IMG/VR virus record: IMGVR_UViG_2645727640_000047
Location: 1-6,492 of that record
Source: a virus
Lineage: Duplodnaviria; Heunggongvirae; Uroviricota; Caudoviricetes
Direction: 5' to 3' (one strand)
DNA: 6,492 bases
Translations under genes and position numbers: made by a program
Part shown: piece by piece, positions 5,694 through 6,492 of the stretch
Position numbering within the stretch: the stretch's first letter is position 1
Layout of the letters: every line of letters begins with the position of its first letter
Notes under the pieces: generated by a model
Databases searched by the model: none
Seen by the model: only the letters and a program-made list of their open reading frames with translations
What the model was told of the DNA's origin: nothing

Positions 5694-5722
5694 TACTATA
5701 GGGAGTTGGAGTAAAACGGTCA
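5694..5722 (-). promoter_or_regulatory. Candidate sigma-70 promoter of serW (-35 TTGACC, 17-bp spacer, -10 TATAGT, GC-rich discriminator)
   Basis: On the minus strand: TTGACC (plus 5717-5722), 17 bp, TATAGT (plus 5694-5699), followed by AGCGCCCC, as is typical of stringently controlled tRNA promoters; about 40 nt upstream of the mature tRNA 5' end. Confidence 0.5.
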
Positions 5723-5840
5723 AGAAGAATTTTAATGATAATTATTGTTTGCTCATACTGTAAACAAGTTGTGCAGTATATCTACATCGAGACAAGTTAC
5801 GGACTTATACTTCCAAAGTACTTCATACATATCACAAAAT

Positions 5841-5862
5841 AAAAAGGCCGGTTAAACCGACC
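5841..5862 (-). terminator. Rho-independent terminator of infA
   Basis: On the minus strand the hairpin GGUCGG-UUUAA-CCGGCC (plus 5846-5862) is followed by a U-run (plus 5841-5845); it lies about 40 nt downstream of the infA stop codon. Confidence 0.6.
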
Positions 5863-5904
5863 TTTTACTCGTTCTTTCTCTTCGCCCATCAGGCGGTAAA
5901 ACAA

Positions 5905-6126
<222 letters not shown>

Positions 6127-6492
6127 ATCCTCTGGGGTATCACTACCGTAATTTGAACCGGCAAGATAATGCCGAAGTTCTGTAAATAAGTAAAGATTTG
6201 CGCGCTAAATCGCAACAAACAGGTTCGGCACATTACTCCGAAAACACACGGCTAAGCCGCACCAAAAGCGCAACGTATAAGGGAGCGGTGAGATAAACGA
6301 TGGGCGTTACCTGACGCGAAAAATTCCTTATCGGCAGCGGGGTAATGAGCGTAACCAACTCTGCGACCGCAATTATAACACTCTGGGGAGAAATGTGCCG
6401 AAAACATTCATTCTTGTGGTGAAAACAAGGGAAGGTGCGAATAAGCGGGGAAATACTTCTCGGCTGACTCAGTCATTTCATTTCTTCATGTT

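Noticed and set aside
5265-5816. 11-bp direct repeat GTTACGGACTT (5265-5275 and 5806-5816) flanking the CRISPR array and serW
   Set aside because: Tempting as a deletion scar of a cas operon, but several chance 11-mer repeats are expected in a 6.5-kb window; no further flanking similarity.
6408-6492. Possible 3' end of aat (Leu/Phe-tRNA-protein transferase) on the minus strand at the window edge
   Set aside because: Synteny predicts aat here, and one minus frame ends ...LFSPQE-stop at 6408-6410, but that frame has another in-frame stop at 6486-6488 and the other frames end at 6473 and 6478. Too little sequence to assign the reading frame or call a CDS.

Overview
The window reads as an Escherichia-type chromosomal segment in two parts. 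The right ~4 kb (2593-6492) is the conserved clpS-clpA-serW-infA backbone: ClpS, ClpA (758 aa, with its internal Met169 start site), a two-repeat orphan type I-F CRISPR array between clpA and serW, tRNA-Ser(GGA) on the minus strand, and infA on the minus strand. The left ~2.4 kb (1 to roughly 2450) is not backbone-like. It looks like the right-hand end of a phage-satellite / PICI-like mobile element, occupying the position where E. coli K-12 (from memory) carries cspD; no cspD ORF is present. That element shows a dense P4 alpha-type iteron origin (TGTTCACC, 8 copies in 170 bp), a translationally coupled operon encoding a small ORF and an SSB-family protein with an IPF tip, then a lambda-like cos-type region about 200 bp upstream of a Nu1-like small-terminase gene that is coupled to a 95-aa ORF, with no large terminase. 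A palindrome- and hairpin-rich, non-coding border region follows. The most interesting candidate is this packaging module (cos-like site, TerS-like gene and small coupled ORF without TerL), which would fit a satellite that hijacks a lambdoid helper's terminase. All homology statements come from reading the translations and recalled reference sequences, not from database searches.
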